DNA from: an uncultured delta proteobacterium
GTDB lineage: Bacteria > Desulfobacterota > Binatia > HRBIN30 > BPIQ01
Direction: 5' to 3'
Length of the DNA stretch: 64,000 nt
NCBI GenBank assembly: GCA_963761335.1
Contig: CAVXGR010000008.1
Span: forward strand, 10,635 to 74,634
How positions within the stretch are numbered: the stretch's first letter is position 1; each line of letters starts with the position of its first letter. Below, piece after piece: positions 9,456 to 19,643 of the stretch. The position numbers were made by a program, and so were the translations under genes. Below the pieces are notes generated by a model. That model was not told where the DNA came from. It worked only from the letters and a program-made list of their open reading frames with translations, and did not search any database.

Positions 9456-11144
9456 ATGAAGACCACCGGGGCGCAGCTGATCACCGCGCTTCTCGAGCGG
9501 CAGGGCATCGAGGTCATTGCCGGCATTCCGGGCGGGGCCAACCTGCCCATGTACGATGCGCTCGGTGCCAGCCGTATCCGCCACGTGCTGGCGCGTCACG
9601 AGCAAGGGGCCGGCTTCATCGCCCAGGGAATGGCGCGGGTGTCCGGCCGCCCTGCCGTCTGCTTCGGCACGTCCGGACCGGGCGCCACCAATCTGCTGAC
9701 CGCGATCGCCGATGCCAAGCTCGACTCGGTGCCGCTGGTCGCCGTCACCGGGCAGGTGCCGCAGGCGATGATCGGCACCGATGCCTTCCAGGAGATCGAC
9801 ACCTACGGTCTCACCGTGCCGATCGCCAAGCACAACTACCTGGTGCGCTCGGTGGCGGAGCTGCTCGAGGTGATTCCCGATGCCTTTCGCGTCGCCATGT
9901 CGGGGCGGCCGGGTCCGGTGGTGGTCGACGTTCCCAAGGACGTGCAGGCCGGGACGGCGGAGATCGAGTCCCTGCCGCCACCCGGCGGCGCGGATGCGCC
10001 GCCGCGCTTCGCCGCCGCCGATCTCGGCGCGGCTGCGGCTCTGATCGCCGAATCGCGGCGGCCGCTGCTTCTGGTCGGCGCCGGCGTGATCACCGCCGGA
10101 GCCTCGCCGGCACTGCGCCAGCTCGCCGAGACGCAATCCATTCCGGTGGCCGCCACGCTTCTCGGGCTGGGGGCCATCCCGGCCACCCATCCGCTGTCGC
10201 TGGGAATGGTCGGCATGCACGCGGCGCGCTACACCAACCTGCTGCTCGAGGAGTGCGATCTGCTGATCGCCATCGGCGTGCGCTTCGACGATCGGGCCAC
10301 CGGCAAGGCGGCGGCCTTCTGCCCGCAGGCGAAGATCCTGCACGTGGACATTGACGCCAGCGAGCTCGGCAAGATCAAGCAGCCGTTCCTCGGTATCGAG
10401 GCCGACGCCGGCGAATGGTTGGCGGCCCTCATGCCGATGCTGCCGGCGCGAGGGCGCTGCGACTGGCTGGCGCGCGTCGAGCAGCTGCGCGCCGCGCACC
10501 CGCTGCTCACGCCCGGTGGCGACGATCCGCTGCAGCCGTATGGCATCGTGCGCCGTACGGCCTCGCTTGCCGGTGACGACGCCGTGGTCACCAGCGACGT
10601 CGGTCAGCACCAGATGTGGGCGGCGCAGGCGTTCCCCTTCTCGCGGCCGCGCCAGTGGCTCACCTCCGGCGGTCTCGGCACCATGGGCTTCGGTCTGCCC
10701 GCCGCCATCGGCGCGGCGCTGGCGGAGCCCGAGCGGCCGGTCGTCTGCTTCACCGGCGACGGCAGTCTGCTGATGAACATTCAGGAGCTGGCCACCGCCG
10801 CCGAGCTCGGGGTGAACGTCAAGATCGTCCTGCTCGACAACGGCCATCTCGGGCTCGTGCGCCAGCAGCAGCAGCTCTTCTACGGCGGCCGCTATCACGC
10901 CTCCCGCTTTCACAGCGAGCCCGACTTCGCGGCCATCGCCCGCGGCTTCGGCATCGCCGCCGTCGAGCTCGGTGCCGCGGCCGATCCTCTGGCGGCCCTC
11001 GCGACCGCCCTGCGCCAGCCGGGTCCATGTCTGGTGCGCGTGCCGATCGGGGCCGAGGAGAACGTCTATCCGATGGTGCCGCCAGGCGCCGCCAACCGCG
11101 ACATGATCATCGAGGGGGAGAGCCATGCAGCCGCTCGCGCCTGA
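9456..11144 (+). CDS. ilvB: Acetolactate synthase large subunit
   Basis: [30 protein letters not shown] motif. Confidence 0.95.
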   Translation: MKTTGAQLITALLERQGIEVIAGIPGGANLPMYDALGASRIRHVLARHEQGAGFIAQGMARVSGRPAVCFGTSGPGATNLLTAIADAKLDSVPLVAVTGQVPQAMIGTDAFQEIDTYGLTVPIAKHNYLVRSVAELLEVIPDAFRVAMSGRPGPVVVDVPKDVQAGTAEIESLPPPGGADAPPRFAAADLGAAAALIAESRRPLLLVGAGVITAGASPALRQLAETQSIPVAATLLGLGAIPATHPLSLGMVGMHAARYTNLLLEECDLLIAIGVRFDDRATGKAAAFCPQAKILHVDIDASELGKIKQPFLGIEADAGEWLAALMPMLPARGRCDWLARVEQLRAAHPLLTPGGDDPLQPYGIVRRTASLAGDDAVVTSDVGQHQMWAAQAFPFSRPRQWLTSGGLGTMGFGLPAAIGAALAEPERPVVCFTGDGSLLMNIQELATAAELGVNVKIVLLDNGHLGLVRQQQQLFYGGRYHASRFHSEPDFAAIARGFGIAAVELGAAADPLAALATALRQPGPCLVRVPIGAEENVYPMVPPGAANRDMIIEGESHAAARA

Positions 11145-11445
11145 AATCGGCGATGCCGTCACCGTCCCGCGAGCCGGCGCCGTCCTGCGCCTGCTGGTTC
11201 GCAATCACCCCGGGGTGATGTCGCACGTCTGCGGTCTCTTCGCCCGGCGCGCCTTCAACGTCGAGGGAATTCTCTGCCTGCCGGAGAAGGGCGGCAGCCG
11301 CAGCGTGATCCTCCTCCTGGTGAACGAGGACGCGCGTCTCGAGCAGGTGATCCGGCAGCTGCGCAAGCTCGAGGACGTCATCGAGATCCACCGCGATGCG
11401 GAGGCGACGGGGGCCTTTGCCGCTGTCGGCGGATGGTTGCGTTGA
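11125..11445 (+). CDS. ilvN: Acetolactate synthase small subunit (ACT domain)
   Basis: [25 protein letters not shown]; overlaps ilvB. Confidence 0.92.
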   Translation: MQPLAPEIGDAVTVPRAGAVLRLLVRNHPGVMSHVCGLFARRAFNVEGILCLPEKGGSRSVILLLVNEDARLEQVIRQLRKLEDVIEIHRDAEATGAFAAVGGWLR

Positions 11446-11455
11446 GCCGCCGCTG

Positions 11456-12679
11456 TCAGCTGACGCGGTCGCCGGCGCCGGCGATGGCGATCTCCGGCGC
11501 CGGCCGCGTCTCGCGGGCGAGCAGCAGGAACGCCGGCGCGGTGACCACCAGCAGCGCCGCGGAGACGCCCCAGGCGACGGGGATCCCACCGGCGCGCGCC
11601 AGCAAACCGAGGCAGAGGAGTCCGAGGCCGCCACCGAGGGTGAACGACATGGAGCGCACCGACAGCACGGTGGCGCGCAGATCCGACTCGGCGTGCTCGT
11701 TCATCCACCCCTGCAGCGTCGGCTCGATCAGGCCGAAGGTCCCCTGCAGCACCACCAGGGCGAGGAGCGCCGGCAGGAACTTCGGCGAGAGCACCGCGAA
11801 GGCGAGCATGCCGCCGCGCCAGAACGAAGCGATCCCCAGGACGCGCTCGCGCCGGAAGCGCGGGATGAGGCGCGGCATGAGGCCGTTTCCGGCCATCGCC
11901 GCGAGGGTCACCAGCGCCCACACCCAGCCGAGCAGCCAGGTGCGCTCTCCGGAGAGCTCCTGCAGGCGCACCGGCCAGTAGTGCCAGGTGGGCATCACGG
12001 CAAAGGAGATTGCCGCGGTCAGCGCGCAGAGCAACTGCAGCACGGGGGCGCGGCGCACCGCCTGAATGCCGTCGCGGGTGGTGCGCAGCCACGACGCCAG
12101 CACGCCCGAAGGGCGCGGCGGCCGCTCTCCCTCGCGCATCAGCAGCAGGGCCACTGCGGCGGTGACGGCAAAGCCGGTGGCGCCGCAGATCCACGGGGTG
12201 GAGATGTTGGCGTCGGCGATGTAGGCGCCCGCCACGCCGCTGACGATCATCAGTGGGCTGGCGAGCATCTGGGCGCGGGCGAAGACGCGTGCGGCCGGGC
12301 GGGCGTTGTCCTCGGCGCGCATGCCGTCGACCACCCAGGCGTCGAGGGCGCCGCTGGCCAGTGTCGTCCCCAGGGCATCGACGAACTCGGCGACGATGCA
12401 GTCGGCGAACCCCTGCGCGAACCAGTACATGCCGAAGGCCAGACAGCGCAGCGCGCAGCTCAGCAGGAAGGAGGTGCGGCGGCCGACGATGTCGGCGAGC
12501 GCCCCGGTGGGGACCTCGAAGGCGAACGCCCCAATCAGGTAGACGGCGAAGACCACGTTGATCTGAAAGAGGTCGAGGCCGCGGCTCAGCAGGAACAGCG
12601 GATAGACCGGCGTCAGGAACGCCCACGACGAGCAGTAGAGGGCGAACAGAAGGTAGTATGTGCGTTCGCTGCGGGTCAT
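11456..12679 (-). CDS. MFS transporter
   Basis: EVPTGALADIVGRR motif, multiple TM helices. Confidence 0.92.
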   Translation of the reverse strand: MTRSERTYYLLFALYCSSWAFLTPVYPLFLLSRGLDLFQINVVFAVYLIGAFAFEVPTGALADIVGRRTSFLLSCALRCLAFGMYWFAQGFADCIVAEFVDALGTTLASGALDAWVVDGMRAEDNARPAARVFARAQMLASPLMIVSGVAGAYIADANISTPWICGATGFAVTAAVALLLMREGERPPRPSGVLASWLRTTRDGIQAVRRAPVLQLLCALTAAISFAVMPTWHYWPVRLQELSGERTWLLGWVWALVTLAAMAGNGLMPRLIPRFRRERVLGIASFWRGGMLAFAVLSPKFLPALLALVVLQGTFGLIEPTLQGWMNEHAESDLRATVLSVRSMSFTLGGGLGLLCLGLLARAGGIPVAWGVSAALLVVTAPAFLLLARETRPAPEIAIAGAGDRVS

Positions 12680-12895
12680 CGGCCGAAAGGAAGCGAGAAT
12701 ACTCCGGCGTGGCCGACGGGCTCAATCGGCAAGATGTGGGGACGTGTCCACGATCGTGCTAGGGCGCCTGGTTCGCCGCGTCCGCGATGCGCAAGTGAGC
12801 GAACCTCCAGCCGAGCACGAGGCGCTGGAAGTGAGGGGACTTCTACCGGTTGCTGGAGGAAGAGGCCTGCCGGAGCAAGGCGCTCGCAGCGCGCC

Positions 12896-13240
12896 TCAAG
12901 GCCCCGAAGATCCTTGGCTTCGACACACGACCCTTCCCGTGTACGGCGAGTAGATGTTGATGTAGAAGCTTGCGAGGGACTCGATCAATCCCTGAACGAA
13001 GGTCTGTCCCGTTTCGATGCGGTCGATCTGGTCCGCACCGCCGCAGATCTCTGCGGCCCTGATGATCTTCCTGTTCGGCACCCACCCGTAGACGAAGAAG
13101 TGTTGCCATCCCTTGCCGTTGCCCGCGGCGCTGGCGGGGACTCCTTCCTGCGGCGGGGGTGGTGGACCGAGATGCTGGTACGTCGCCTGATAACACCCCG
13201 CGCAGCATGCCAGGAGGACGAGAACGAGGACCCTGCTCAT
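12896..13240 (-). CDS. Bor/Iss-like lipoprotein 2
   Basis: Lipobox CAGC; HFFVYGW...AAEICGG...TFVQGL...IYSP...VVC. Confidence 0.8.
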   Translation of the reverse strand: MSRVLVLVLLACCAGCYQATYQHLGPPPPPQEGVPASAAGNGKGWQHFFVYGWVPNRKIIRAAEICGGADQIDRIETGQTFVQGLIESLASFYINIYSPYTGRVVCRSQGSSGP

Positions 13241-13584
13241 TGCGGTACCTCTGCTCCGGACGCGCGGCAGTAATAGGTGCTCGAGCGGGGCGCCCAGATG
13301 CCCAGCGTCACCAGATCGCCCAGGCCATCGAGAAACGTGGTCTCCTCCATGACCGCCAACGCCCCCTGTGGGCATTTCTCGCGTATGTCGATCGTCCGAT
13401 GCGGCGTCAGTCCCCAGAAGAAGTACGACTTGCGCTCCTCGCGCACCTGAGCGGGCGGCGCGCCGGCCTGGATAAGTCCCTCCACCGGAATGTCGCCGGT
13501 CTCGAAGTACATCGTGTGACATCCGCCGGCAGCGAGGGCCGCCGCCAGCGCGGCCGTGAGCATTCCGCGCGAAATCATCGTCAC
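13237..13584 (-). CDS. Bor/Iss-like lipoprotein 1
   Basis: Lipobox AGGC; YFFWGL...KCPQG...TFLDGL..VTLGIWAPRS..YYC. Confidence 0.8.
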   Translation of the reverse strand: MTMISRGMLTAALAAALAAGGCHTMYFETGDIPVEGLIQAGAPPAQVREERKSYFFWGLTPHRTIDIREKCPQGALAVMEETTFLDGLGDLVTLGIWAPRSSTYYCRASGAEVPQ

Positions 13585-13808
13585 TCCCTCCCTCTCCGTT
13601 TGAAGCTCGAGCTGCGAAACCTACTTCGCGGCCAGCGCCTTTGCTGGGTCGCCAGTTTGCATTGCGCAGCCTCTGGAGAACCCATCGGTGGGACTTCACA
13701 TATTGGGCTCCACAGATTCAATTCGTACTTTCCCCAATGTCGCAAAGATGACGGGCACGACTCCGTTTGCGAAACGCGCCGAGAGGCTGCCGGGCGGAGG
13801 GAGTCGCG

Positions 13809-14111
13809 CTAGGGTGCGCTCATCCACTCCGCCGGCGTTTTGGCCACGCCGTCGCGAACGCTCCAGGCGACGGCCTCGAGCACGCGGTCGGCCGTCAGGA
13901 AGTGGCGCGCGATCCAGGCGCGCGTGAACGGGAAGGTCCACGGCAACACCGAGAGGGTGCTCACCTGATAGGCGCCGCTCTGCACGAGCTCGGTGATGAA
14001 GCGGTCCGAGAGATCCGGCTCGCTCCCGAAAGTACGGATCTGCATCGCCGCGTGCATGAGGGCGTGCGCGCCGAAGCGGCCGAGTGCCTGGTGCTGGGCC
14101 GCCTCGGTCAT
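13809..14111 (-). CDS. Hypothetical protein or C-terminal gene fragment
   Basis: Protein-like composition, no motif recognised; repeat immediately upstream. Confidence 0.35.
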   Translation of the reverse strand: MTEAAQHQALGRFGAHALMHAAMQIRTFGSEPDLSDRFITELVQSGAYQVSTLSVLPWTFPFTRAWIARHFLTADRVLEAVAWSVRDGVAKTPAEWMSAP

Positions 14112-14223
14112 CGCGTGAACGTAGACCGGGAGGCCGCGTTGCGTGCGCCCCTCACCAGCGCGTCACGCAGCTCCGCGGAGAAGGCGTGCAGCCCCGGGTG
14201 CAGAGGCCTGTGTCAAAACCGCG

Positions 14224-14316
14224 CCCGCGCCCCCGGGTGGGGCGCCAACGGAGGTCGGCTTCGGGATCCCCGGGTCTCCGACCCGGGGCTACATGCCTGC
14301 GCCCCTCCGGGGCGAA
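14224..14316. repeat. Family C REP-like element
   Basis: CCCCGGG...ACCCGGGGCTAC...GCCCCTCCGGGGCGAA, same orientation as 16683-16772. Confidence 0.8.
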
Positions 14317-14484
14317 TGATCTCCGAGCTCCCGGCCAAGGGTGCAACCGGGGGAAGTCGGGTTCAACTCGACGAAACGGGGGCTGTGGTGGATCGAAATT
14401 GACCGCGTTTCATTTCAAAATCCCCCACTACCGCACGGGGAGAAGACTTTCCTCTTCTGCTCGCCGTGATAGCCTGGCGCGGCA

Positions 14485-15105
14485 ATGGAGCCAGTGCGGC
14501 TGATCGTCTACTCGGACTACCTCTGCCCGTGGTGCTACAACGCCGCGGTGCGGCTGCGGCGCCTCGAGGAGGAGCTCGGCGATCGCGTCGCCATCGAGTG
14601 GCGCAGCTTTCTCCTGCGGCCGCGGCCCGACCCGCGCCGCACGCTGGAGAAATTTCGCGCCTACACCGAGTCGTGGCGGCGGCCGGCGGCCGAGGCCGAC
14701 AGCGGCAGCTTCCGCGTCTGGGCCACCGACGCCGGGCCGCCGTCGCACAGCGTGCCGCCGCATCTGGTCGCCAAGGCGGCGGCGTCGATCAGCGGCGATG
14801 CCTTCCGGCGCATGCACGAAAGGCTCTTGGAAGCCTACTTTGCCGAGAACCAGGACATCACCGATTCGGAGACACTCCTCGGCCTGTGGTGCGAGGTCGG
14901 GCTGCGACGCGAGAATTTCGCCCGCGCCGGCGATCCCGCGGTTCTCCGGCAGGTGCTGGAGCAGCACAACGAGGCCATCGAGATCGGGGTCACCGGCGTG
15001 CCCGCGGTGCGCGCCGACGGCAACCCGGCGGCGATCACCGGAGCACACCCGATCGACTTCTACCGCCGCTGGATTCACAAGCTGGAGAGCGCCGAAGGGC
15101 TGTAG
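14485..15105 (+). CDS. DsbA/FrnE family oxidoreductase
   Basis: SDYLCPWC, GVTGVP. Confidence 0.9.
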   Translation: MEPVRLIVYSDYLCPWCYNAAVRLRRLEEELGDRVAIEWRSFLLRPRPDPRRTLEKFRAYTESWRRPAAEADSGSFRVWATDAGPPSHSVPPHLVAKAAASISGDAFRRMHERLLEAYFAENQDITDSETLLGLWCEVGLRRENFARAGDPAVLRQVLEQHNEAIEIGVTGVPAVRADGNPAAITGAHPIDFYRRWIHKLESAEGL

Positions 15106-15114
15106 GAGGGACGT

Positions 15115-16179
15115 ATGCACGTCGGCATGGGAAGCATCTTTCAGAACCCGCACTTCGAGCGCAGCGATCTCGAGGTGTATCGCAACGAGCTGCGCCTCGC
15201 CGATCTGGCCGAGCCGCTCGGCTTCGAGTCGGTGTGGAGCGTCGAGCACCACTTCACCGACTACACCATGTGCCCCGACGTCCTGCAGTTCCTCACCTAC
15301 ATGGCCGGCCGCACACAGCGCGCCCAGCTCGGCTCGATGGTGGTGGTGCTGCCGTGGCACGACCCGCTGCGGGTCGCCGAGCAGGTGTCGATGCTCGACA
15401 ACATCTCCGGCGGACGGGTGCTGCTGGGCATCGGGCGCGGCCTTGGACGTGTCGAGTTCGAGGGCTTTCGCGTCCCCATGGCCGAGTCGCGCCAGCGTTT
15501 CGTGGAAAGTGCCCGCATGATCCTCGAGGGGCTGGAGACGGGCACGGTGGAGTACCAGGGCGAGCTCATCCAGCAGCCGCGGAAGGCCATTCACCCGGCG
15601 CCGTTCAAGTCGTTCAAGGGCCGCACCTGGGCGGCGGCGGTGTCGCCCGAGTCGGCGCGCATCATGGCGGAGCTCGGCGTCGGCATTCTGATCATTCCGC
15701 AGAAGCCGTGGGAGTCGGTTGCCGAGGAGCTCGCCATGTACCGAGGCATCTACCGGGAGGTGAACGGCGCCGAGGCCCCACCACCGGTGGCGGCGTGCTG
15801 GACCTACTGCGACGAGGACGGCGAGCGCGCCCGCGACATGGCGCACCGGTACATCGGCGGCTACTACGACACGGTCGTGCGCCACTACGAGTTCGGCAGC
15901 GCGCACTTCGCAGCTACGAAGGGCTACGAGTACTACGGCAAGATCTCGGCGACGGTGAACAAGGCCGGCGCCGAGGCGGCGCGCGACATGTTCACCGGAT
16001 TGCAGGTGTGGGGCACGCCGCGGCAGTGCCGCGAGAAGATTCTCGACATCCGCGAGCGCCTCGGCTGCGAGACGCTGGTGGGCGTGTTCAGCTATGCCGG
16101 CATGCCCTGGGAGCAGGCCGAGCGCAGCATGCGGCTGTTCGCCGGCGCGGTGATGCCCGAGCTGCAGGCGATGGGGTAG
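15115..16179 (+). CDS. LLM-class flavin-dependent oxidoreductase
   Basis: WSVEHHF, PLRVAEQ..MLD..SGGR..LGIGRG. Confidence 0.92.
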   Translation: MHVGMGSIFQNPHFERSDLEVYRNELRLADLAEPLGFESVWSVEHHFTDYTMCPDVLQFLTYMAGRTQRAQLGSMVVVLPWHDPLRVAEQVSMLDNISGGRVLLGIGRGLGRVEFEGFRVPMAESRQRFVESARMILEGLETGTVEYQGELIQQPRKAIHPAPFKSFKGRTWAAAVSPESARIMAELGVGILIIPQKPWESVAEELAMYRGIYREVNGAEAPPPVAACWTYCDEDGERARDMAHRYIGGYYDTVVRHYEFGSAHFAATKGYEYYGKISATVNKAGAEAARDMFTGLQVWGTPRQCREKILDIRERLGCETLVGVFSYAGMPWEQAERSMRLFAGAVMPELQAMG

Positions 16180-16270
16180 GGGACAGGCTCCTTTTCGGCG
16201 CAAGGAAGATTCAGCGAAGGATTCTGACTCTCCCCGGCGAAAAGGTGCCTGCTTCGAACATCTGTTGGGT

Positions 16271-16590
16271 GAAGGTCTGGCGGAGCCTCGGCACTTGGTG
16301 TGGAGGCTTATCGCCCCGGAAGGTCTGGCGGAGCCCCGGGGCTTGGTGTGGAGATTATCGCCCCGGAGGGGCGCGGGCGTGTAGCCCCGGGTGCCAACCC
16401 GGGGACCGCGTTCCGATTGGCCCAGATCAGCGCCCCGGAGGGGCGCGGGCATGTAGCCCCGGGTGTTAACCCGGGGACCGCGTTCCGATTGGCCCAGATC
16501 AGCGCCCCGGAGGGGCGCGGGCATGTAGCCCCGGGTGTTAACCCGGGGACCGCGTTCCGATTGGCCCAGATCAGCGCCCCGGAGGGGCGC
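16271..16590. repeat. Tandem array: two ~48-bp units, then three 72-bp family C units plus a partial unit
   Basis: GCCCCGGAGGGGCGC starts at 16360, 16432, 16504, 16576. Confidence 0.92.
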
Positions 16591-16682
16591 AGGCATAGAG
16601 GCCGCGTGAATCACCTCGATGAGCTTCCCACGCACCCAGCGGTGATCATCGGCCTACAGGCGTGACATCGACGAAAACTTGC

Positions 16683-16772
16683 CCGCGCCCCTGGCGGGGC
16701 GCGCCTGACGGAGCGCGCATTTTTCCCCGGGTTTTCACCCGGGGCTACACGCCACCGCCCCTCCGGGGCGAA
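16683..16772. repeat. Family C REP-like element, inverted relative to the array
   Basis: CCCCGGGTTTTCACCCGGGGCTACACGCCACCGCCCCTCCGGGGCG. Confidence 0.8.
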
Positions 16773-16867
16773 CTTCGCCCAGGCGAGAACCGCCAAATCT
16801 CTCTACGGGGCAGGTCCCCAGCCTCATTTTCATGAGCCGCAGGCTCATGGACGCACTGTCCCCACTC

Positions 16868-17824
16868 TCAGCGCTTCGCCTCGACGTGAATGGTGATGTT
16901 CTCGGGTGGGATGCCGAAGCGGCTCTCCAGGCGGCCCTCGATCTCCTCGGTGAGCTGGTGCGCCTGGGCGGCGTCGGCGGCGTCCGCGGGGTGAATGCGG
17001 CACTCGACGTAGGCGCGGGAGCCCTCGCCGCGATGGCGGAGGCGATCGCAGCCGGCGACCCCGGGCACCGCGAGGATCTCCTGGCGGATCTTCTCCAGCG
17101 GAATGCGGGCCGCGTCGATGAGCACCGGCACGGTGCGGGCGAAGGCGAGAAAGCCGATGCGGGCGATGAAGACCACCACCAGCAGCGTCGCCAGCGGGTC
17201 GGCGCTGGGATAGCCCATCTTTACGAAGCCCCAGCTGGCGATCACGGCGAGAGTCACCAGGATGTCACTGCGCGTGTGCGCCGCATCGGCGAGGAGGAAA
17301 TCACTCCCCAGCTCGCGGCCGCGCCGCTGCTCCCACTGCGAGACGCCGATGTTGACCAGCAGAGTCGCCAGCATCACCGACGGCACCAGCAGATCGTCCG
17401 GGAGGCGCGTGGGCATGCCGGCGGCCAGACGGGAGACGGCGGCGCGCGCCAGCTCGAAGGCAGTGACACAGATGAGCCCCGCGACGCCGAAGGCGGCCAG
17501 GGTCTCGATCTTGCCGTGGCCGTACGGATGCTCGCGGTCGGGAGGCGCCGCCGCATAGGCCAGAGCCACGAGGCCGACGATGTTGTTGATGCCGTCGATC
17601 AGCGAATGCAGCGCATCGCCCTGCACGGCAAGGCTCCCGGCGATGAGGCCGGCGACCAGCTTGGCGGCGGCCACGGAGAGATTGAGGAACAGGCCGATCC
17701 ACAGCACCCGCCGCACGGCGCGGGTTCTCGACCCGCCGGCAGGCCGCGCCGGGCGCACCCGCTTTCCCGGGGCAGACGCCCTCGCCCGCGAAGGGCCGGC
17801 AGCGTGGCTCGTGAACATTGCCAT
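16868..17824 (-). CDS. Cation diffusion facilitator (CDF) transporter
   Basis: DALHSLID, PPDREHPYGHGKIE, DAAHTRSD, TIHVE; start uncertain. Confidence 0.9.
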   Translation of the reverse strand: MAMFTSHAAGPSRARASAPGKRVRPARPAGGSRTRAVRRVLWIGLFLNLSVAAAKLVAGLIAGSLAVQGDALHSLIDGINNIVGLVALAYAAAPPDREHPYGHGKIETLAAFGVAGLICVTAFELARAAVSRLAAGMPTRLPDDLLVPSVMLATLLVNIGVSQWEQRRGRELGSDFLLADAAHTRSDILVTLAVIASWGFVKMGYPSADPLATLLVVVFIARIGFLAFARTVPVLIDAARIPLEKIRQEILAVPGVAGCDRLRHRGEGSRAYVECRIHPADAADAAQAHQLTEEIEGRLESRFGIPPENITIHVEAKR

Positions 17825-18027
17825 GAGCAGCGCGGTCTGCGACTTGCATTCCAGCAAGTCGAGGGGGGATTTCTCCTGCCGTTTCGGTCATCTCTTCCGC
17901 GGTCTTGGAAGGGAGCAGTGCCCTCGCTTTGCAAGTGTTGGAAAATGCCCGGGGGGATGGATCACCCTCGCTTTTGGTCGTACGGATGGGAGAGATGGCC
18001 TCCGCGCGGAGGCAAGAGGCAACGCAC

Positions 18028-18627
18028 ATGCTCGTACGCGATCGGATGAGCCGCAAATTGGTGCACGTCGAGCCCGAGACGACGCCGGCGAAGGCGGCGG
18101 CCCTGCTGAAGCGCAATCGCATCCGGCATCTGCCGGTGATGCGCAGGGAGCGCCTGGTCGGCATCGTCACCGCCGGCGACCTGCGAGCTGCCCGCAAGGA
18201 CGCCGCCGCAGTCAAGGAGGTGATGACCCCGAACCCGGTCACCATCTCCCCGGACGCCGCCGTCGACGAGGCGGCACGGATCCTGCGCGACCGCAAGCTC
18301 AACGGTCTCCCGGTGGTCGAGGGAGGCCGGGTGCTGGGGATCCTGACCGTCTCCGACGTCCTCGACGCCTTCGTGGCGCTCTCCGGGGTCGCCGAATCCA
18401 CCTATCGCTTTACCGTCGAGGGCGCGGCGACGCGGGCGGCGACTGCCGAGATCCGCAGGATCGTCGAGCGCGCCCGGGGCGAGCTGCGCTGGTTGCACAC
18501 CGATGCGCGCCACGGCCAGATTCACCTGCGCCTGAAGGTGCGGGACGTCGAGGAGTTGCGTGCCGCGCTCGAGGCCGGTGGCTTCGAGGTGACCGCCATC
18601 GTCGCCCCCGGACCCGGCCGGGGTTGA
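18028..18627 (+). CDS. CBS-pair protein with C-terminal ACT-like domain (AcuB-like)
   Basis: IRHLPV..LVGIVT, LPVV..VLGILT. Confidence 0.85.
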   Translation: MLVRDRMSRKLVHVEPETTPAKAAALLKRNRIRHLPVMRRERLVGIVTAGDLRAARKDAAAVKEVMTPNPVTISPDAAVDEAARILRDRKLNGLPVVEGGRVLGILTVSDVLDAFVALSGVAESTYRFTVEGAATRAATAEIRRIVERARGELRWLHTDARHGQIHLRLKVRDVEELRAALEAGGFEVTAIVAPGPGRG

Positions 18628-18748
18628 CTGCCCCGGGAAGCGCCCTTTTTCACGCGTTGGGGAAAGCAGACCCACTGAAGTCGCACCTTTGCCAAAACGG
18701 TCCGCCCTCAGGGCTGCCCGGCGGTCCTGCCTCCCGCTCCTCCCCGCT

Positions 18749-18763
18749 TGGCAGGGAAATTGC
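18749..18763 (+). promoter_or_regulatory. Putative sigma-54 promoter
   Basis: TGGCAGGGAAATTGC (GG-N10-GC) just upstream of GGAGGT and ATG 18791. Confidence 0.6.
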
Positions 18764-18790
18764 CGGTCATGGTGGGCGGAGGTACCGAAG

Positions 18791-19240
18791 ATGCAAGTCG
18801 AGAGCTGGATGACACGCAAGATCTGTGTCGTTAAGCCGTTGGATACGATCGAACATGCCCGCGAGATCATGGAGAGTCATCGCGTCAACCAGCTCCCGGT
18901 TGTCGTCAACGGCCACGTGGTCGGTATCATCACCGATCGCGACGTCCGCGACGCGTTTCCCTCGGTGTTCGACGAGACGCCGGTGGGTTCGCATCGCGCC
19001 AAGGAGACTCACTCCGATCCGAAGCAAATCAAGGTGGAGATGGTGATGACGCCGCACGTGCTGACTCTCGGCCCCAAGGCGACGGTCACCGAAGCCGCCC
19101 GCCTGATGCGCTCCGAGCGCATCGGCGCCGTTCCCATCGTCGATGGAGAACGCCTGGTCGGAATCGTCACCCGCAGCGACCTGCTCGACGCCCTGGTGAC
19201 CCTGGCGGAATCCACGGCCCAGGCCCCGGTGCCACTGTAG
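18791..19240 (+). CDS. CBS-pair protein
   Basis: QLPVV..VVGIITDRD, IGAVPIV..LVGIVTRSD. Confidence 0.88.
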   Translation: MQVESWMTRKICVVKPLDTIEHAREIMESHRVNQLPVVVNGHVVGIITDRDVRDAFPSVFDETPVGSHRAKETHSDPKQIKVEMVMTPHVLTLGPKATVTEAARLMRSERIGAVPIVDGERLVGIVTRSDLLDALVTLAESTAQAPVPL

Positions 19241-19331
19241 GAGATCGCCCTCAGTGGCTCGATAACCGAGCCCGAGCCACCAATCCGCGCCCTTCTTTCG
19301 CTATGGTGCTGCGAATGTTAGGCGATGGTGG

Positions 19332-19637
19332 ATGGCGAGCTCGCCCTTCCACATGGAGGTCAGCGACGACGATATGCGCCGCGAGCGCGCTCGGGCGCGA
19401 GAGCTGCGGCAGACGACCTGGTGGAAGCGGCGCGTCTCCGCCGGCCGTTGCCATCACTGCGGGAAGCAGGTGCCGCCGCGCGAGCTGACCATGGATCACC
19501 TGGTGCCGCTGGCGCGCGGCGGGAGGTCGACGAAGGGAAACGTGGTGCCGGCCTGCAAGGAGTGCAACACCGCCAAGCAGCATCGGTTGCCGTTCGAGTG
19601 GACACCGCCACCGGACGGCGAGCCCGGCGACGAGTGA
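19332..19637 (+). CDS. Small HNH endonuclease
   Basis: CHHC...MDHLVPLARGG...NVVPACKECN. Confidence 0.88.
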   Translation: MASSPFHMEVSDDDMRRERARARELRQTTWWKRRVSAGRCHHCGKQVPPRELTMDHLVPLARGGRSTKGNVVPACKECNTAKQHRLPFEWTPPPDGEPGDE

Positions 19638-19643
19638 TTGCGG

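Noticed and set aside
9096..11204. Long antisense ORFs (also 19638-21710, 28697-30949, 46669-48882, 49888-51684 and others)
   Set aside because: Shadow frames of high-GC genes with no motifs; the opposite strand has clear family signatures
13585..13808. Riboswitch in the long leader of the Bor-like genes
   Set aside because: No aptamer consensus that I could recognise on either strand
16360..16590. Regularly spaced palindromic repeats as a CRISPR array
   Set aside because: The intervening sequences are essentially identical rather than unique spacers, and no cas genes are present
14428..16635. 735-aa minus-strand ORF with N-terminal peptide repeats
   Set aside because: Translation of the 72-bp DNA repeat plus the antisense of the LLM and DsbA genes
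19332..19637. HNH gene as a defence or homing system
   Set aside because: Small stand-alone HNH among housekeeping genes, with no partner genes or intron context
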